Assembly: GCA_036496305.1 (NCBI GenBank)
Contig: DASXLJ010000003.1
Coordinates: 23,777-87,776 of the forward strand
Length of the DNA: 64,000 nt
Direction: 5' to 3'
Origin: Gaiellaceae bacterium
GTDB taxonomy: Bacteria > Actinomycetota > Thermoleophilia > Gaiellales > Gaiellaceae
The position numbers and the translations under genes are program-made. The notes under the pieces were generated by a model. It did not search any database. It saw only the letters and a program-made list of their open reading frames with translations, and was not told the origin of the DNA. Each line of letters begins with the position of its first letter. Within the stretch, counting starts at the first letter, position 1. Positions 26,164 to 36,697 of this stretch are shown here, one piece after another.

Positions 26164-26823
26164 ATGGCAAGCACCGAGACGGCACAACGCGTTCTTTCAA
26201 TCCCCGAGAAGGCCCGCGAGGGCGAGGGGCACCGGACGTTCGTCGGCATCCGCCGCGCACTCGACATCGGCTCATTCGGCGTAAACGCGATCTACCAGGC
26301 GACCGCCGGCGAGGAGCTCGTCAACGAGCACGACGAGCGCGGCCCCGGATCGACCGGCCAGGAGGAGCTCTATGTCCTCGTACAGGGAAGCGCGACCTTC
26401 ACGGTCGACGGCGAGGAGCTCGACGCTCCGCACGGCACCGCTCTCCTCGTCCTACCCGACTCGAAGCGAAGCGCCGTGGCGACAAGCGACGAGACGATCG
26501 TCCTCGTCGTCGGCGGCGTGCCAGGCGAGGCCTACCGCCTCGGCCCAATGCAGACGGCCGAAGGCTTCATGGACAAGTACAACGCGAAGGACTACGCGGG
26601 CGCTCTCGAGGTGACGAACAAGGCTCTCGAGGCGTATCCCGGCAACGCGCTCGTGCTCTACAACGTCGCGTGCATGTCGGCCCTGCTCGGCGACCACGAG
26701 ACCGCCCTCACGGCGCTCGCGGAGTCAGTCTCGAAGTGGGAGCCGTACAAGGAGCTCGCGCGGAACGACGACGACTTCACCTCCCTCCGGAACGATCCGA
26801 AGTTCGTCGAGCTCGTCTCCTAG
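26164..26823 (+). CDS. Cupin + TPR-like C-terminal fusion protein (219 aa), family member 1 of 3
   Basis: Cupin core EELYVLVQGSATFTVDGEELDAPHGTALLV, followed by YNVACMSALLGDHETALTALAESV...DDDFTSLRNDPKFVELVS. Paralogues at 44691 and 45323. Confidence 0.7.
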   Translation: MASTETAQRVLSIPEKAREGEGHRTFVGIRRALDIGSFGVNAIYQATAGEELVNEHDERGPGSTGQEELYVLVQGSATFTVDGEELDAPHGTALLVLPDSKRSAVATSDETIVLVVGGVPGEAYRLGPMQTAEGFMDKYNAKDYAGALEVTNKALEAYPGNALVLYNVACMSALLGDHETALTALAESVSKWEPYKELARNDDDFTSLRNDPKFVELVS

Positions 26824-26838
26824 CGCGAGGAGCCGCAA

Positions 26839-26875
26839 CCGAGGGCGAAGCGTTCCCCTAGCGCTTCGCCCTCGG
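26839..26875 (+). terminator. 14-bp perfect hairpin after the cupin-TPR gene
   Basis: CCGAGGGCGAAGCG - 9 nt - CGCTTCGCCCTCGG. Confidence 0.7.
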
Positions 26876-26960
26876 CACCGGCGCACCGTCTTCTCTTGAT
26901 TCGGACGCGCGAAAGGTCGAACATGGAACCCGCCCGGTTCGTACTCCGAAAGGGAAGACA

Positions 26961-27350
26961 ATGAGGAAACGCCTTCTATTCGTCGCAACAGGCGTCGTCG
27001 CGGCTGCAGCTCTGCTCTCTGCATCGCTCGCGGTCGCCGGCACCACGCTCCACCTGACCGCGAAGGACAACCACAAGTCCTTCACCGTGGCGGCGCACAC
27101 CGCGATCGTCATCACGCTCAAGTCGAACGCCAGCACGGGCTATCGCTGGAAGCGTGGACACTGCTCGGCGGTCAAGTTCATCTCGCGCAAGTACGTCGAG
27201 CCGGCAAGCGGACGCGTCGGCGCGGCCGGCAAGGAGATCTGGCGCTTCAAGGTCGTCGGCCAGACGACCGAGGGGAAGATCGCGCTCCGCTACGTCGGCC
27301 CGTCGAAGGACGTTGCGCACCGCTTCTCGGTGCAGCTCCAGATCGGCTAG
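26961..27350 (+). CDS. Secreted chagasin-like (I42) cysteine-peptidase inhibitor
   Basis: Signal peptide, then LKSNASTGYRWK (the NxxTGYxW motif of inhibitor family I42). ~100-aa Ig-like size. Confidence 0.7.
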   Translation: MRKRLLFVATGVVAAAALLSASLAVAGTTLHLTAKDNHKSFTVAAHTAIVITLKSNASTGYRWKRGHCSAVKFISRKYVEPASGRVGAAGKEIWRFKVVGQTTEGKIALRYVGPSKDVAHRFSVQLQIG

Positions 27351-27351
27351 C

Positions 27352-27771
27352 TCAGTGCGAGCAGCCAGAGCCGCAGGCGGGACCCTCGTCTGAGGGGGTC
27401 TCGCCTTCGGCGCCAACGCCGTCAGCAGCCTGGAAGGAGTGGCCGCAGCCGCAGGACGAAGCGGCGTTCGGGTTGTCGATCTTGAAGCCGGACTCCTGAA
27501 TCGTCTCGAGGTAGTCGACGCGCGCACCCATGAGATACGGCGCGCTGAACGGGTCGACGACGACCGTCACGCCCTCGCACTCGAATTCGTGGTCGCCTTC
27601 CTGGGCTCCGCGGTCGAAGCCGAGGCCGTACTGGAAACCGGAGCATCCGCCGCCCTCGATCGCGACGCGGAGGACGGAGACGTCCTCTTCGCTCGCGAGC
27701 AGCTCGCTGATCTTCGCGGCAGCCGCGGGGGTGAGGGAGACGACGCTCTCGGTGCGCTCGACGGTGGCCAT
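27352..27771 (-). CDS. Fe-S cluster insertion protein (ErpA/IscA/HesB family) with Cys-containing C-terminal tail
   Basis: GGGCSGFQYGLGFD and SCGCGHSF motifs. An extra ~30 aa ends in ...PACGSGCSH. Confidence 0.88.
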   Translation of the reverse strand: MATVERTESVVSLTPAAAAKISELLASEEDVSVLRVAIEGGGCSGFQYGLGFDRGAQEGDHEFECEGVTVVVDPFSAPYLMGARVDYLETIQESGFKIDNPNAASSCGCGHSFQAADGVGAEGETPSDEGPACGSGCSH

Positions 27772-27935
27772 AGGAGCATGGTACCAACGGCGTCCGTCTC
27801 TAAAACGAGCGGAGTTTGTGACAGGCGTAGCACGCTCCGCTAGGCCGATTCGGTACCCGTAAGTGCCACCCGGTCTCCATTGATAACGTCAGCCGTCCGG
27901 TTGATGCGCTAAGGGAAACGGAGACGCGCTCGTAG

Positions 27936-28295
27936 ATGCTCGATAGCTGGTTGCCATTCCTTATCTACGGGATCCTTGCCCTCGTGATCCCGGCTTCGAT
28001 GATCGGCATGTCGTTCCTGTTCGCGACGCGCCCCGCGGCACGGACGCGCGCGCGGACGGTGCCGTTCGAGTCGGGCGTCTCACGCGGGCCGATGAAGCAG
28101 CAGCGCTTCAGCGTGAGCTTCTACCTCACGGCGATGCTCTTCATCGTCTTCGACATCGAGATCGTCTTCCTCTACCCGCTCGCCGTGCAGCTCCACGCGC
28201 TCGGCTGGTTCGGGTTCACCGAGCTCGCGTTCTTCGTCCTCATCCTCCTCGTGGCGTACGTCTTCATCTGGCGCAAGGGCGCCCTGGAGTGGTAG
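27936..28295 (+). CDS. nuoA: NADH-quinone oxidoreductase subunit A
   Basis: 119 aa, 3 TM. PFESG...FDIEIVFLYP motif. First gene of the colinear nuo operon. Confidence 0.92.
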   Translation: MLDSWLPFLIYGILALVIPASMIGMSFLFATRPAARTRARTVPFESGVSRGPMKQQRFSVSFYLTAMLFIVFDIEIVFLYPLAVQLHALGWFGFTELAFFVLILLVAYVFIWRKGALEW

Positions 28296-28898
28296 ATGGC
28301 TGACGAGCAGCAGAACAAGCCGACGACGCGCTTGCGCGACTACGGCCTTCAGTCGGAGCGCCTGCTCTGGCCGACGAAGGGGCCGTCCCAGTTCGAGGAG
28401 GACCTCGGCGTCGAGGAGCTCGAGCGCGCGCTCGGCATCACGACGCTCGAGAAGGCCGTCCGGTGGGCGCAGACGAAGTCGATGTGGCCCGACACGTTCG
28501 GCCTCGCGTGCTGCGCGATCGAGATGATGTCGATCGTCGGCTCGCGTTACGACCTCGCACGCTTCGGGATGGAAGCCTTCCGCTCGTCGCCGCGCCAGGC
28601 CGACCTCCTCATCGTCTCGGGGCGCGTCGCGCACAAGATGGCCGAGCCGCTCCGCCAGATCTACGACCAGATGCTCGAGCCCAAGTGGGTGATCGCGATG
28701 GGCGTCTGCGCGTCGAGCGGCGGGATGTTCAACAACTACACGATCCTCCAGGGCGTCGACCGGATCGTCCCCGTCGACATCTACATCCCCTTCTGTCCGC
28801 CGCGGCCGGAGGCGCTGATGGAGGGAATCATCCGCCTCCACGAGGCGCACCAGGCCGGCGTTCCCGCCGCGTACGAGCGGAAGGGAGTCGCGACATGA
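28296..28898 (+). CDS. nuoB: NADH-quinone oxidoreductase subunit B
   Basis: [11 protein letters not shown]...[10 protein letters not shown]...CPPRPE (N2 cluster cysteines). Confidence 0.95.
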   Translation: MADEQQNKPTTRLRDYGLQSERLLWPTKGPSQFEEDLGVEELERALGITTLEKAVRWAQTKSMWPDTFGLACCAIEMMSIVGSRYDLARFGMEAFRSSPRQADLLIVSGRVAHKMAEPLRQIYDQMLEPKWVIAMGVCASSGGMFNNYTILQGVDRIVPVDIYIPFCPPRPEALMEGIIRLHEAHQAGVPAAYERKGVAT

Positions 28899-28923
28899 GC
28901 GTAGGCTCGACGGAGCTCGAACA

Positions 28924-29472
28924 ATGACCGCCTTCCGCGACATGCCCGGTTACGTCTCGGAGAAGCCCGGCGCCGACATGGCGACAGTGACGATCGAGCG
29001 CGAGCAGATCCGCGAGGCGTGCGAGTACGCGCGCGACACGCTCGGCTTCGACATGTGCGTCGATGTCGTCGCCACCGATTACCTCGACTGGGGCGGCGTG
29101 GGGGTCTCCGGCTACATCGGCACGGCCACCGGCCGCGACATCGTGCATCCGGCGACGCAAGGACTGCAGGTGTTGCCGGACGCGAAGCCGAAGCGCTTCT
29201 CGATCTCGTATCACCTCCTCGGCCTGCGGCACGGCGCGCCGCGCGTGCGCCTGCAGTGCTGGGCGGACGACGGCGAGAGCGTGCCGAGCGTCGTCTCCGT
29301 GTGGCCGACGTGCGACTGGCACGAGCGCGAGCAGTTCGACCTCATGGGCATCGTCTTCGACGGCCACCCGAATCTCGAGCGGCTCCTCATGCCGGAGGAC
29401 TGGGACGGGCACCCGCTCCGCAAGGACTATCCGCTCGGCGGCGAGCCCGTCCGCTTCTCGGATGCCGAGTGA
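28924..29472 (+). CDS. nuoC: NADH-quinone oxidoreductase subunit C
   Basis: WPTCDWHEREQFDLMGIVFDGHPNLERLLMPEDW is typical of the 30-kDa subunit. Confidence 0.92.
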   Translation: MTAFRDMPGYVSEKPGADMATVTIEREQIREACEYARDTLGFDMCVDVVATDYLDWGGVGVSGYIGTATGRDIVHPATQGLQVLPDAKPKRFSISYHLLGLRHGAPRVRLQCWADDGESVPSVVSVWPTCDWHEREQFDLMGIVFDGHPNLERLLMPEDWDGHPLRKDYPLGGEPVRFSDAE

Positions 29473-30743
29473 TGGCAACGATCGCTGACAAGACCGCGAT
29501 CTACGAAGGATCGCGCATCCCGTCGCGCGTCCCGACGATCCTCGACGTCCCGGCCGAGCTGAAGGACTCGGACGAAGTCCTCCAGGTCAACTTCGGCCCG
29601 AACCACCCGTCGACGCACGGTGTGCTCCGCCTCATCGTCGACCTCGACGGCGAGCGCGTCGTCGGCACGTCGGCGGTCATCGGCTACCTCCACACCGGCT
29701 TCGAGAAGACGATGGAGTCGAAGACGTACTGGAAGTGCGTCACGTACCCCGAGCGCATCGACTACGTCGGCTATCAGAACAACGAGCTCGTCTTCGTGTC
29801 TGCGGTCGAGCAGCTGCTCGAACTCGAGGTACCGACGAAGGCGAAGTGGATGCGGATGCTCCTGTGCGAGCTCAACCGGATCCATTCGCACCTCGTCTAC
29901 CTCGGGACGTCAGCTCTCGAGCTCGGCGCGATTTCGATGTTTTGGTACTGCTTCCGCGAGCGCGAGACGATCCTCGACCTGTTCGAGATGGTCACCGGCC
30001 AGCGCATGCACACGCGCTACTTCCAGGTCGGCGGTCTCGCGGAGGACATTCCGCACGGCTTCTACGCGCAGGCACGCGAGTTCGTCGAGTGGATGCCGCA
30101 CGCGCTCGAGGACTACAAGGGGATGCTCGACCGCAACGAGATCTGGCTCGAGCGGACGGTCGGCATCGGCAAGCTCTCCGCCGCCGACGCCATCGCGCTC
30201 GGGCAGACCGGCCCGAATCTTCGCGCCTCGGGCGTCGACTGGGATCTGCGCCGCGACCAGCCGTATCTCCACTACGACCAGGTCGACTTCGAGGTGCCGG
30301 TCTATCCGAACGGCGACGTCTACGACCGCTACCGCGTGCGGATGGACGAGATGGCGGAGTCGAACAAGATCGTCGGCCAGTGCCTCCGCAAGCTCGAGCG
30401 GATGGAGGGCCAGCCGTGGATCGCCGACGACCGCAAGGTCGTGCTGCCGCCGCGCGAGGAGCTCCACACCTCCATGGAGAGCTTGATCCATCACTTCAAG
30501 ATCGTCACCGAGGGCTTCCGCGTCCCGGCGGGCGAGATCTACACGGCGATCGAGTCGCCGCGCGGCGAGTCGGGGTGCTACCTCGTCTCGGACGGCGGGC
30601 CGAAGCCGTGGCGCGTCCACTTCCGCGCGCCGTCGTTCGTCGCCCTCGAGGCGACCGCGACGTGCCTCTACGACACGTACGTCGCCGACCTGATCGCCGT
30701 CGTCGGCTCCCTCGACGCAGTCATGGGGGACACCGACAGGTGA
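29472..30743 (+). CDS. nuoD: NADH-quinone oxidoreductase subunit D
   Basis: NFGPNHPSTHGVLRL...TGFEKTME...LNRIHSHL. ATG overlaps the nuoC stop. Confidence 0.95.
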   Translation: MATIADKTAIYEGSRIPSRVPTILDVPAELKDSDEVLQVNFGPNHPSTHGVLRLIVDLDGERVVGTSAVIGYLHTGFEKTMESKTYWKCVTYPERIDYVGYQNNELVFVSAVEQLLELEVPTKAKWMRMLLCELNRIHSHLVYLGTSALELGAISMFWYCFRERETILDLFEMVTGQRMHTRYFQVGGLAEDIPHGFYAQAREFVEWMPHALEDYKGMLDRNEIWLERTVGIGKLSAADAIALGQTGPNLRASGVDWDLRRDQPYLHYDQVDFEVPVYPNGDVYDRYRVRMDEMAESNKIVGQCLRKLERMEGQPWIADDRKVVLPPREELHTSMESLIHHFKIVTEGFRVPAGEIYTAIESPRGESGCYLVSDGGPKPWRVHFRAPSFVALEATATCLYDTYVADLIAVVGSLDAVMGDTDR

Positions 30744-31204
30744 GCACCTTTTACGAGGATGTGCAGAAGATTCGCGCGCGGTATCCCGAGGGGTCGCGTT
30801 CGGCGTCGCTCGAAGCGCTACGGCTCGCGCAGGTGAAGCACGGCTACCTGTCGCGCGAGGCGTTCGAGGAGACCGCCGACGCGCTCGACGTGACGCCGGC
30901 TTTCTGTTACTCGGTCGCGACCTTCTACGACATGTTCCATCTCGAACCCGTCGGCACGCACACGATCGAGATCTGCACGAACCTCCCGTGCGGGCTCTGC
31001 GGCGCGCAGAAGGTCGTCGAAGCGTTCGAGGAGGAGCTCGGGATCAAGGCCGGCGAGACGACCGAGGACGGCAACGTCACGCTGCGCGCGGTCGAGTGCC
31101 TCGGCGGCTGCGGCTACGCGACCGTCGTCGCCGTCGACCACCGCTACCGCCAACACGTAAAGCCCGAGGACGCGGCGGAAATCGTTGGGAGCCTCGATGC
31201 CTGA
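30740..31204 (+). CDS. nuoE: NADH-quinone oxidoreductase subunit E
   Basis: [2Fe-2S] cysteines CTNLPCGLCG...CLGGCG. GTG overlaps the nuoD stop. Confidence 0.93.
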   Translation: MSTFYEDVQKIRARYPEGSRSASLEALRLAQVKHGYLSREAFEETADALDVTPAFCYSVATFYDMFHLEPVGTHTIEICTNLPCGLCGAQKVVEAFEEELGIKAGETTEDGNVTLRAVECLGGCGYATVVAVDHRYRQHVKPEDAAEIVGSLDA

Positions 31205-32519
31205 GGCGCAGATCACGACGCTCCTCGGCGGCACCGAGGATCACGACCTCACGAAGTTCTCCGAGTACCAGGCGATCGGCGGCTACGGCAAGGGCCTCGA
31301 GCGCGCGCGGGCGATGTCCTCCGACGAGCTCATCGACGAGCTGCAGAAGGCGACGCTGCGCGGACGCGGCGGCGCCGGCTTCCCGATGGGACGCAAGGCG
31401 TCGCTCATCGACCGCAAGAGCGCAAAGCCGAAGTACCTCGTCGTCAACGCCGACGAGTCCGAGCCGGGTGCGTTCAAGGACCGGCAGGTCATGGCGACCG
31501 TCCCGCACCGGCTCATCGAGGGCTGCCTCATCGCGGCGCACGCGATCGAGTCGACGGACGTCTTCATCTACATCCGCGGCGAGTACCTGACCGAGTACGA
31601 GATCCTCGCCGGCGCCGTCGAAGAGGCGCGCAAGGCCGGGCTGCTCGGCGGCGTCGAGATCACCGTCCACCGCGGCGCCGGCGCGTACATCTGTGGCGAA
31701 GAAACGGCTCTGCTCGAGTCGCTCGAGGGGAAGCGCGGCCAGCCGCGCCCGCGCCCGCCGTTCCCGCCCATCGCCGGCCTCTACATGGCGCCGACGCAGA
31801 TCAACAACGTCTGCACGATCGCGACCGTGCCGCTCATCCTCGACATGGGCGCCGAGGCATTCGCGAAGACGGGCGTACCGAGCTCGCCGGGCACCGCGAT
31901 CTTCTCCGTCTCGGGGAACGTCGTGAAGCCGGGCAACTACGAGCTGCCGCTCGGGACGCCGATGCGCGAGCTCATCTTCGAGCACGCCGGCGGGATCGCC
32001 GACGGCCGCGAGCTCAAGTGCGTGATCCCCGGCGGCTCGTCGGTGCCGGCGCTGACGCCGGATCAGATCGACGTGCCGCTCGACTACGACTCGCTCGGTG
32101 CGATCGGCACGTTCTTCGGCGCCGCGTCGCTCATCGTCGTGGACGATCGCTGCTGCATGGTGCAGCTCGCGCTCCGCTCGACGAAGTTCTATATGCACGA
32201 GTCGTGCGGCAAGTGCACGCCGTGCCGCGTCGGGACGCGCTGGATGGTGCAGATCCTCGAGTCGATCGAGGCGGGCACCGCGACGCGCGCCGACCTCGAC
32301 CTGCTCGAAAACGTCGGTGACAACATCCTCGGCAAGGTGCTGTGCGCGCTCGGTGAGTTCGCCGTGTACCCGGTCGACAGCTACCTCCGGAAGTGGCGCA
32401 AGGAGTTCGAGGCGCACGTCGACGGCGGCGGCTGCCCGTTCCACGGCGAGTCGTCGCTCGAGGGGATCCTCGCGCCTTCCGACATGCATCACATGCATCG
32501 CCTCGAGGTGCTCGTATGA
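31197..32519 (+). CDS. nuoF: NADH-quinone oxidoreductase subunit F
   Basis: RGRGGAGFPMGRK, VNADESEPG (FMN/NADH site), ESCGKCTPCR (N3 cluster). Confidence 0.95.
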   Translation: MPEAQITTLLGGTEDHDLTKFSEYQAIGGYGKGLERARAMSSDELIDELQKATLRGRGGAGFPMGRKASLIDRKSAKPKYLVVNADESEPGAFKDRQVMATVPHRLIEGCLIAAHAIESTDVFIYIRGEYLTEYEILAGAVEEARKAGLLGGVEITVHRGAGAYICGEETALLESLEGKRGQPRPRPPFPPIAGLYMAPTQINNVCTIATVPLILDMGAEAFAKTGVPSSPGTAIFSVSGNVVKPGNYELPLGTPMRELIFEHAGGIADGRELKCVIPGGSSVPALTPDQIDVPLDYDSLGAIGTFFGAASLIVVDDRCCMVQLALRSTKFYMHESCGKCTPCRVGTRWMVQILESIEAGTATRADLDLLENVGDNILGKVLCALGEFAVYPVDSYLRKWRKEFEAHVDGGGCPFHGESSLEGILAPSDMHHMHRLEVLV

Positions 32520-34648
32520 GCGACCTCGTCAAGGTGACGATCGACGAGCGCACGGTCGAGGTTCCGAAGGGAACGGGCATCGTCGAGACGGCGCTCGCGG
32601 CCGGCATCGAGATCCCCGTCTTCTGCTACGAGCCGCGCCTCGGCGATCCGGTCGGCGCCTGCCGCATGTGCCTCGTCGAGCTCGAAGGCGTGCCGAAGCT
32701 CCAGACCGGCTGCACCCTGCTGGCGACCGACGGAATGGTCGTCAAGACGGCGCGCACGTCGGCGAAGGCCGCGGCCGGACAGAACGGCACGCTCGAGTTC
32801 ATCCTCGTCAACCATCCGCTCGACTGCCCCGTCTGCGACAAGGGCGGCGAGTGCCCGCTGCAGGATCTGACCTTCCGTTACGGCCCTGGAAATACGCGGA
32901 TGCAGTACGAGAAGCAGACGTTCGAGAAGCCGATCCCGATCTCGCCGACGATCTCGCTCGACCGCGAGCGCTGCATCCTCTGTTACCGCTGCACGCGCTT
33001 CAGCTCGGACGTGAGCGAGGACAACCAGCTCGTCGCCGCCAACCGCGGCGCGGCGTCCGTCATCACGACCTTCGAGGATCTGCCGTACACCGGCGCGTTC
33101 ACCGGCAACGTCACCGAGCTGTGCCCGGTCGGCGCGCTGCTGCCGACGCAGTACCGCTTCGAGGGCCGGCCATGGGAGATCGTCGACGTCCCGACCGTGT
33201 GCGGGCTCTGCCCCGTCGGCTGCAACGTCAACGTCACCGTCCGCGAGGCGAAGGTCAAGCGCGTTCAGTCCCGCAACCACTTCGAGGTCGACGAGGGCTG
33301 GATCTGCGACAAGGGCCGCTTCGGCTTCACGCATTTGCGCGCCGAGGATCGCCTCACCGCACCGCGGCGCCATCACCACGAGATCTCGTGGGACGAAGCG
33401 GTCGCCGAGGCCGAGCGGCTCCTCGCGGGCGCACGCGGCCGCATCGTCACCGCGCTCTCGGGCTCGGAGACGGTCGAGCAGGCGTACGCGCTCGGGAAGC
33501 TCCTGCGCGCCGGGCTCGACTCGCACCAGGCGATGCTGCCGGAGGAGATCTCCGGCGCGCTCGACGGCTTCCGGCTGCCGCTTTCCGCGATTCGCGACGC
33601 CGACGCGGTCGTCGTCCTCGGCGACGTGCCTGTCGTCGAGCGCGCGCCCGTCGTCGATCTCTGGATCAAGTCGGCGCGGCGGAAGGGCGCGAAGATCCTC
33701 GACTCCGTTAGCGCCGTTGGCGATGCAGAGCGCGTCGTGCTCGTCGGTTCCGGCCTCAGCGCCGCCGCCGTCGCCGGTCACGCCGAGAAGCTCGGCCTCT
33801 CCGGCCGCGAGGGCTGCGGCGCCTTCCATCTCCCCGAGGCTCCGAACGGCCGCGGCGTCGCCGACGCGTGGGCCGCGTGCTGCGACGACGAGGGCTCCGA
33901 GCCTGAGTCGATCGGCGTGCTCGTCGTTTCCGGCGACGAGGCTGCCGCGAACCCCAACGTCCGCGCGCTCGCCGAGCAAGCCGAGGCGACGATCGTCATC
34001 TCGATGTTCGAGCTCGAGAACTGGAGCCCCGACCTCCTCCTGCCGGGCACGAGCTACCTCGAGCGCGACGGCACGTTCGTCAACCTCGAGGGCCGCCTCC
34101 AGCGCCTGCGCCGGACGGCGACGCCGCCGTGCCCCGACGAGCTCGAGTGGATCGCCGAGCTCGCCTCGCGCTTCGACGTCGACGTCGCGCCCTACGCCGC
34201 CGCCGTCTTCGCCGAGGTGTCGGAGAAGGTCTACGGCGGCCTCTCGTTCGGTGAGATCGGCGAGCGCGCTCCGCTGCGCGGCTATCCCGAAGCGACCGGC
34301 GCGGCTGTCGCCGCTGCTCCCGCCGAGAAGGAGCCGCAGCCCGGCCAGGGAGAGGTTCGCCTCGTCGCGTACAAGCCGCTCTTCTCCGGCGCCGCCGTCG
34401 AGCGCGTCCCCGAACTTCAGTTTCAGCGGCCGCAGGCCGAGGTCGAGCTTTCGGCCGAAGATGCCGGCTGGCGCAACATCGAGACCGGCGACATGGTCAC
34501 GGTCGGCACGAACGGCGCGGCGATCACGCTCCCCGCGCGCGTGAACCGGCGCCTGCGCAAGGGCGTCGCGCGTGTCGCGCTCGAGCACGCGAACGGCCTC
34601 GGCGGAGTCGTCGAGCTCAGCCGCGCGACCGAGGAGGTGAGCGCATGA
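32516..34648 (+). CDS. nuoG: NADH-quinone oxidoreductase subunit G (710 aa)
   Basis: N-terminal CRMCLVE [2Fe-2S], [28 protein letters not shown] clusters and a molybdopterin-like C-terminal domain. Confidence 0.95.
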   Translation: MSDLVKVTIDERTVEVPKGTGIVETALAAGIEIPVFCYEPRLGDPVGACRMCLVELEGVPKLQTGCTLLATDGMVVKTARTSAKAAAGQNGTLEFILVNHPLDCPVCDKGGECPLQDLTFRYGPGNTRMQYEKQTFEKPIPISPTISLDRERCILCYRCTRFSSDVSEDNQLVAANRGAASVITTFEDLPYTGAFTGNVTELCPVGALLPTQYRFEGRPWEIVDVPTVCGLCPVGCNVNVTVREAKVKRVQSRNHFEVDEGWICDKGRFGFTHLRAEDRLTAPRRHHHEISWDEAVAEAERLLAGARGRIVTALSGSETVEQAYALGKLLRAGLDSHQAMLPEEISGALDGFRLPLSAIRDADAVVVLGDVPVVERAPVVDLWIKSARRKGAKILDSVSAVGDAERVVLVGSGLSAAAVAGHAEKLGLSGREGCGAFHLPEAPNGRGVADAWAACCDDEGSEPESIGVLVVSGDEAAANPNVRALAEQAEATIVISMFELENWSPDLLLPGTSYLERDGTFVNLEGRLQRLRRTATPPCPDELEWIAELASRFDVDVAPYAAAVFAEVSEKVYGGLSFGEIGERAPLRGYPEATGAAVAAAPAEKEPQPGQGEVRLVAYKPLFSGAAVERVPELQFQRPQAEVELSAEDAGWRNIETGDMVTVGTNGAAITLPARVNRRLRKGVARVALEHANGLGGVVELSRATEEVSA

Positions 34649-35655
34649 CCCTCGCCGAGACAGCTCCGCACGAGCCGTGGTGGATCGCGCTCATCGCAGC
34701 GATCATCATCGTCAACCTCCTGCTCGGGCTCTTCGCGTATCTCACGCTGCTCGAGCGGAAGCTCATGGGCCGGATGCAGCTCCGGTACGGCCCGAACCGC
34801 GCTGGCCCCTTCGGCTTGCTGCAGCCGATCGCCGACCTCGTGAAGCTCGTCCGCAAGGAAGCGTTCTCGCCGGAGGCCGCGATCGAGCTGCCGTACATCC
34901 TCGCGCCGATCGTCTCGGCGTTCACCGCGATCGCGGCGTTCGCCTTCATCCCGTTCGGCCCGGGCTGGACGGTCAACGGCTGGCACATCAACGGCGAGGT
35001 CGCGAACGCGAGCATCGGCCTCATCGCGATCTTCGCGCTCGGCTCGATCGGGATCTACGGCTTCATCGTCGGCGGCTGGGCGTCGGAGTCGAAGTACTCG
35101 ATCCTCGGCTCGATGCGCACGTGCGCGCAGCTCGTCTCGTACGAGGTCTCGCTCGCGCTCAGCGTGCTCGGCGTCGTCATGCTCGGCCGCTCGCTCAACC
35201 TGCCGGAGATCGTCGCGCGCCAGGGCCACCTCCTCCCCTTCGCCGCGCCGCAGTTCATCGGCCTCGTCGTCTTCGTCTTCGCCGGCATCGCCGAGACGAG
35301 CCGCGCGCCGTTCGACCTGCCGGAAGCAGAACAGGAGCTCGTCGCCGGGTACCACACCGAGTACTCGGGTATGCGCTGGGGCCTCTTCCAGATGGCCGAG
35401 TACATCAACCTCATCACGCTCTCCGGCCTGATGGTGACGCTGTTCTTCGCGGGCTGGCACGGGCCGTGGGATCTGGGGCCGATCTGGTTCATCCTCAAGC
35501 TGCTCGCCGTCCTCTTCGTCTTCATCTGGATGCGGACGACGCTGCCGCGCCTGCGCTACGACCAGCTCATGAAGTTCGGCTGGAAGGTGCTCCTGCCGGT
35601 CGCAACGATCAACGCGGTCGTCACGGCCGCCCTCGTCGTGGGGTTCGGCGCATGA
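34645..35655 (+). CDS. nuoH: NADH-quinone oxidoreductase subunit H
   Basis: [33 protein letters not shown]...[28 protein letters not shown]. Confidence 0.95.
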   Translation: MTLAETAPHEPWWIALIAAIIIVNLLLGLFAYLTLLERKLMGRMQLRYGPNRAGPFGLLQPIADLVKLVRKEAFSPEAAIELPYILAPIVSAFTAIAAFAFIPFGPGWTVNGWHINGEVANASIGLIAIFALGSIGIYGFIVGGWASESKYSILGSMRTCAQLVSYEVSLALSVLGVVMLGRSLNLPEIVARQGHLLPFAAPQFIGLVVFVFAGIAETSRAPFDLPEAEQELVAGYHTEYSGMRWGLFQMAEYINLITLSGLMVTLFFAGWHGPWDLGPIWFILKLLAVLFVFIWMRTTLPRLRYDQLMKFGWKVLLPVATINAVVTAALVVGFGA

Positions 35656-36146
35656 CACAGCCAATGTCCACGCTGAAGGGCTTCGGCGTCACCTTCAAGC
35701 AGATCTTCAAGAAGCCGATCACGCAGCAGTATCCGGAGTACAAGCGGCCGGTCTACCCGCGCTTCCGCGGACGGCACCGGCTGTGGAAGCACGAGAATGG
35801 CCTCGAGAAGTGCGTCGGCTGCTCGCTCTGCGCGGCCGCGTGCCCGGCCGACTGCATCCGCGTCGTCGCCGCCGAGAACACGCCGGAGAACCGCGTCTCG
35901 GCCGGCGAGCGCTACGCGCGGATCTACGAGATCAACCTCTCGCGCTGCATCTTCTGCGGCTACTGCGAGCTCGCGTGCCCGTTCGACGCGATCACGCTCG
36001 GCAACGAGTACGAGATCTCGGAGCACAACCGCGACGACCAGATCTACACGAAGGACATGCTCCTCGCGCCGCCGGTGAAGGAAGTGCCCGTCGCCGACCG
36101 CGATCTGTTCGACACGCCCATCCCCTTCTACAAATCCGACTCGTGA
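35652..36146 (+). CDS. nuoI: NADH-quinone oxidoreductase subunit I
   Basis: Two 4Fe-4S motifs, [12 protein letters not shown] and [12 protein letters not shown]. Confidence 0.95.
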   Translation: MTQPMSTLKGFGVTFKQIFKKPITQQYPEYKRPVYPRFRGRHRLWKHENGLEKCVGCSLCAAACPADCIRVVAAENTPENRVSAGERYARIYEINLSRCIFCGYCELACPFDAITLGNEYEISEHNRDDQIYTKDMLLAPPVKEVPVADRDLFDTPIPFYKSDS

Positions 36147-36697
36147 ACAGCCTCGTCCTCGCTTCTACGGCCGGCAACATCGTCGTCTGGATCGTCTGGA
36201 TCGTTGCGGGATTCGCGTGCCTCGCCTCGGCGGTCGCCGTCATCTCGTTCTCGAATCCCTTCTACTCGGCGCTCGCGCTCATCGGGAACCTCGCGTCGCT
36301 CGCGGTGCTGTACCTGCTGCTGAGCGCCGAGTTCGTCGCCGCCGCGCAGGTGCTCGTCTACGCCGGCGCGGTCGTCGTCATGTTCCTCTTCGTCATCGCG
36401 TACGTCGGGCCGCGGCGCGAGGAGCCGTGGTCGGGCGGCCCGAGCTGGAAGGCGCTCGGTGCCGTGCTCGCCGCAGGCGCACTGCTCGTCGAGATCGTCC
36501 TCGCCGTGTCGCTCGCGGCGGGAGGCTCGCTCGGCCACGATCACACGGCCGGCGCGAACTTCGGCTCGCCCGCGTACATCGGGCAGCTGTTCCTCACCGA
36601 CCATCTCCTCGCGTTCGAGATCACGTCGATCGTCCTGCTCATCGCCGCGGTCGGCGGCGTGATCCTCGGCTCGCACACGAAAAAGGCCGCAGCATGA
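36143..36697 (+). CDS. nuoJ: NADH-quinone oxidoreductase subunit J
   Basis: Hydrophobic 184 aa. [48 protein letters not shown]. Confidence 0.9.
   Translation: MNSLVLASTAGNIVVWIVWIVAGFACLASAVAVISFSNPFYSALALIGNLASLAVLYLLLSAEFVAAAQVLVYAGAVVVMFLFVIAYVGPRREEPWSGGPSWKALGAVLAAGALLVEIVLAVSLAAGGSLGHDHTAGANFGSPAYIGQLFLTDHLLAFEITSIVLLIAAVGGVILGSHTKKAAA

Noticed and set aside
27772-27935. Promoter or riboswitch-like structure upstream of nuoA.
   Set aside because: I found only weak, short inverted repeats and no convincing -35/-10 pair or known leader motif. Not reportable without TSS data.
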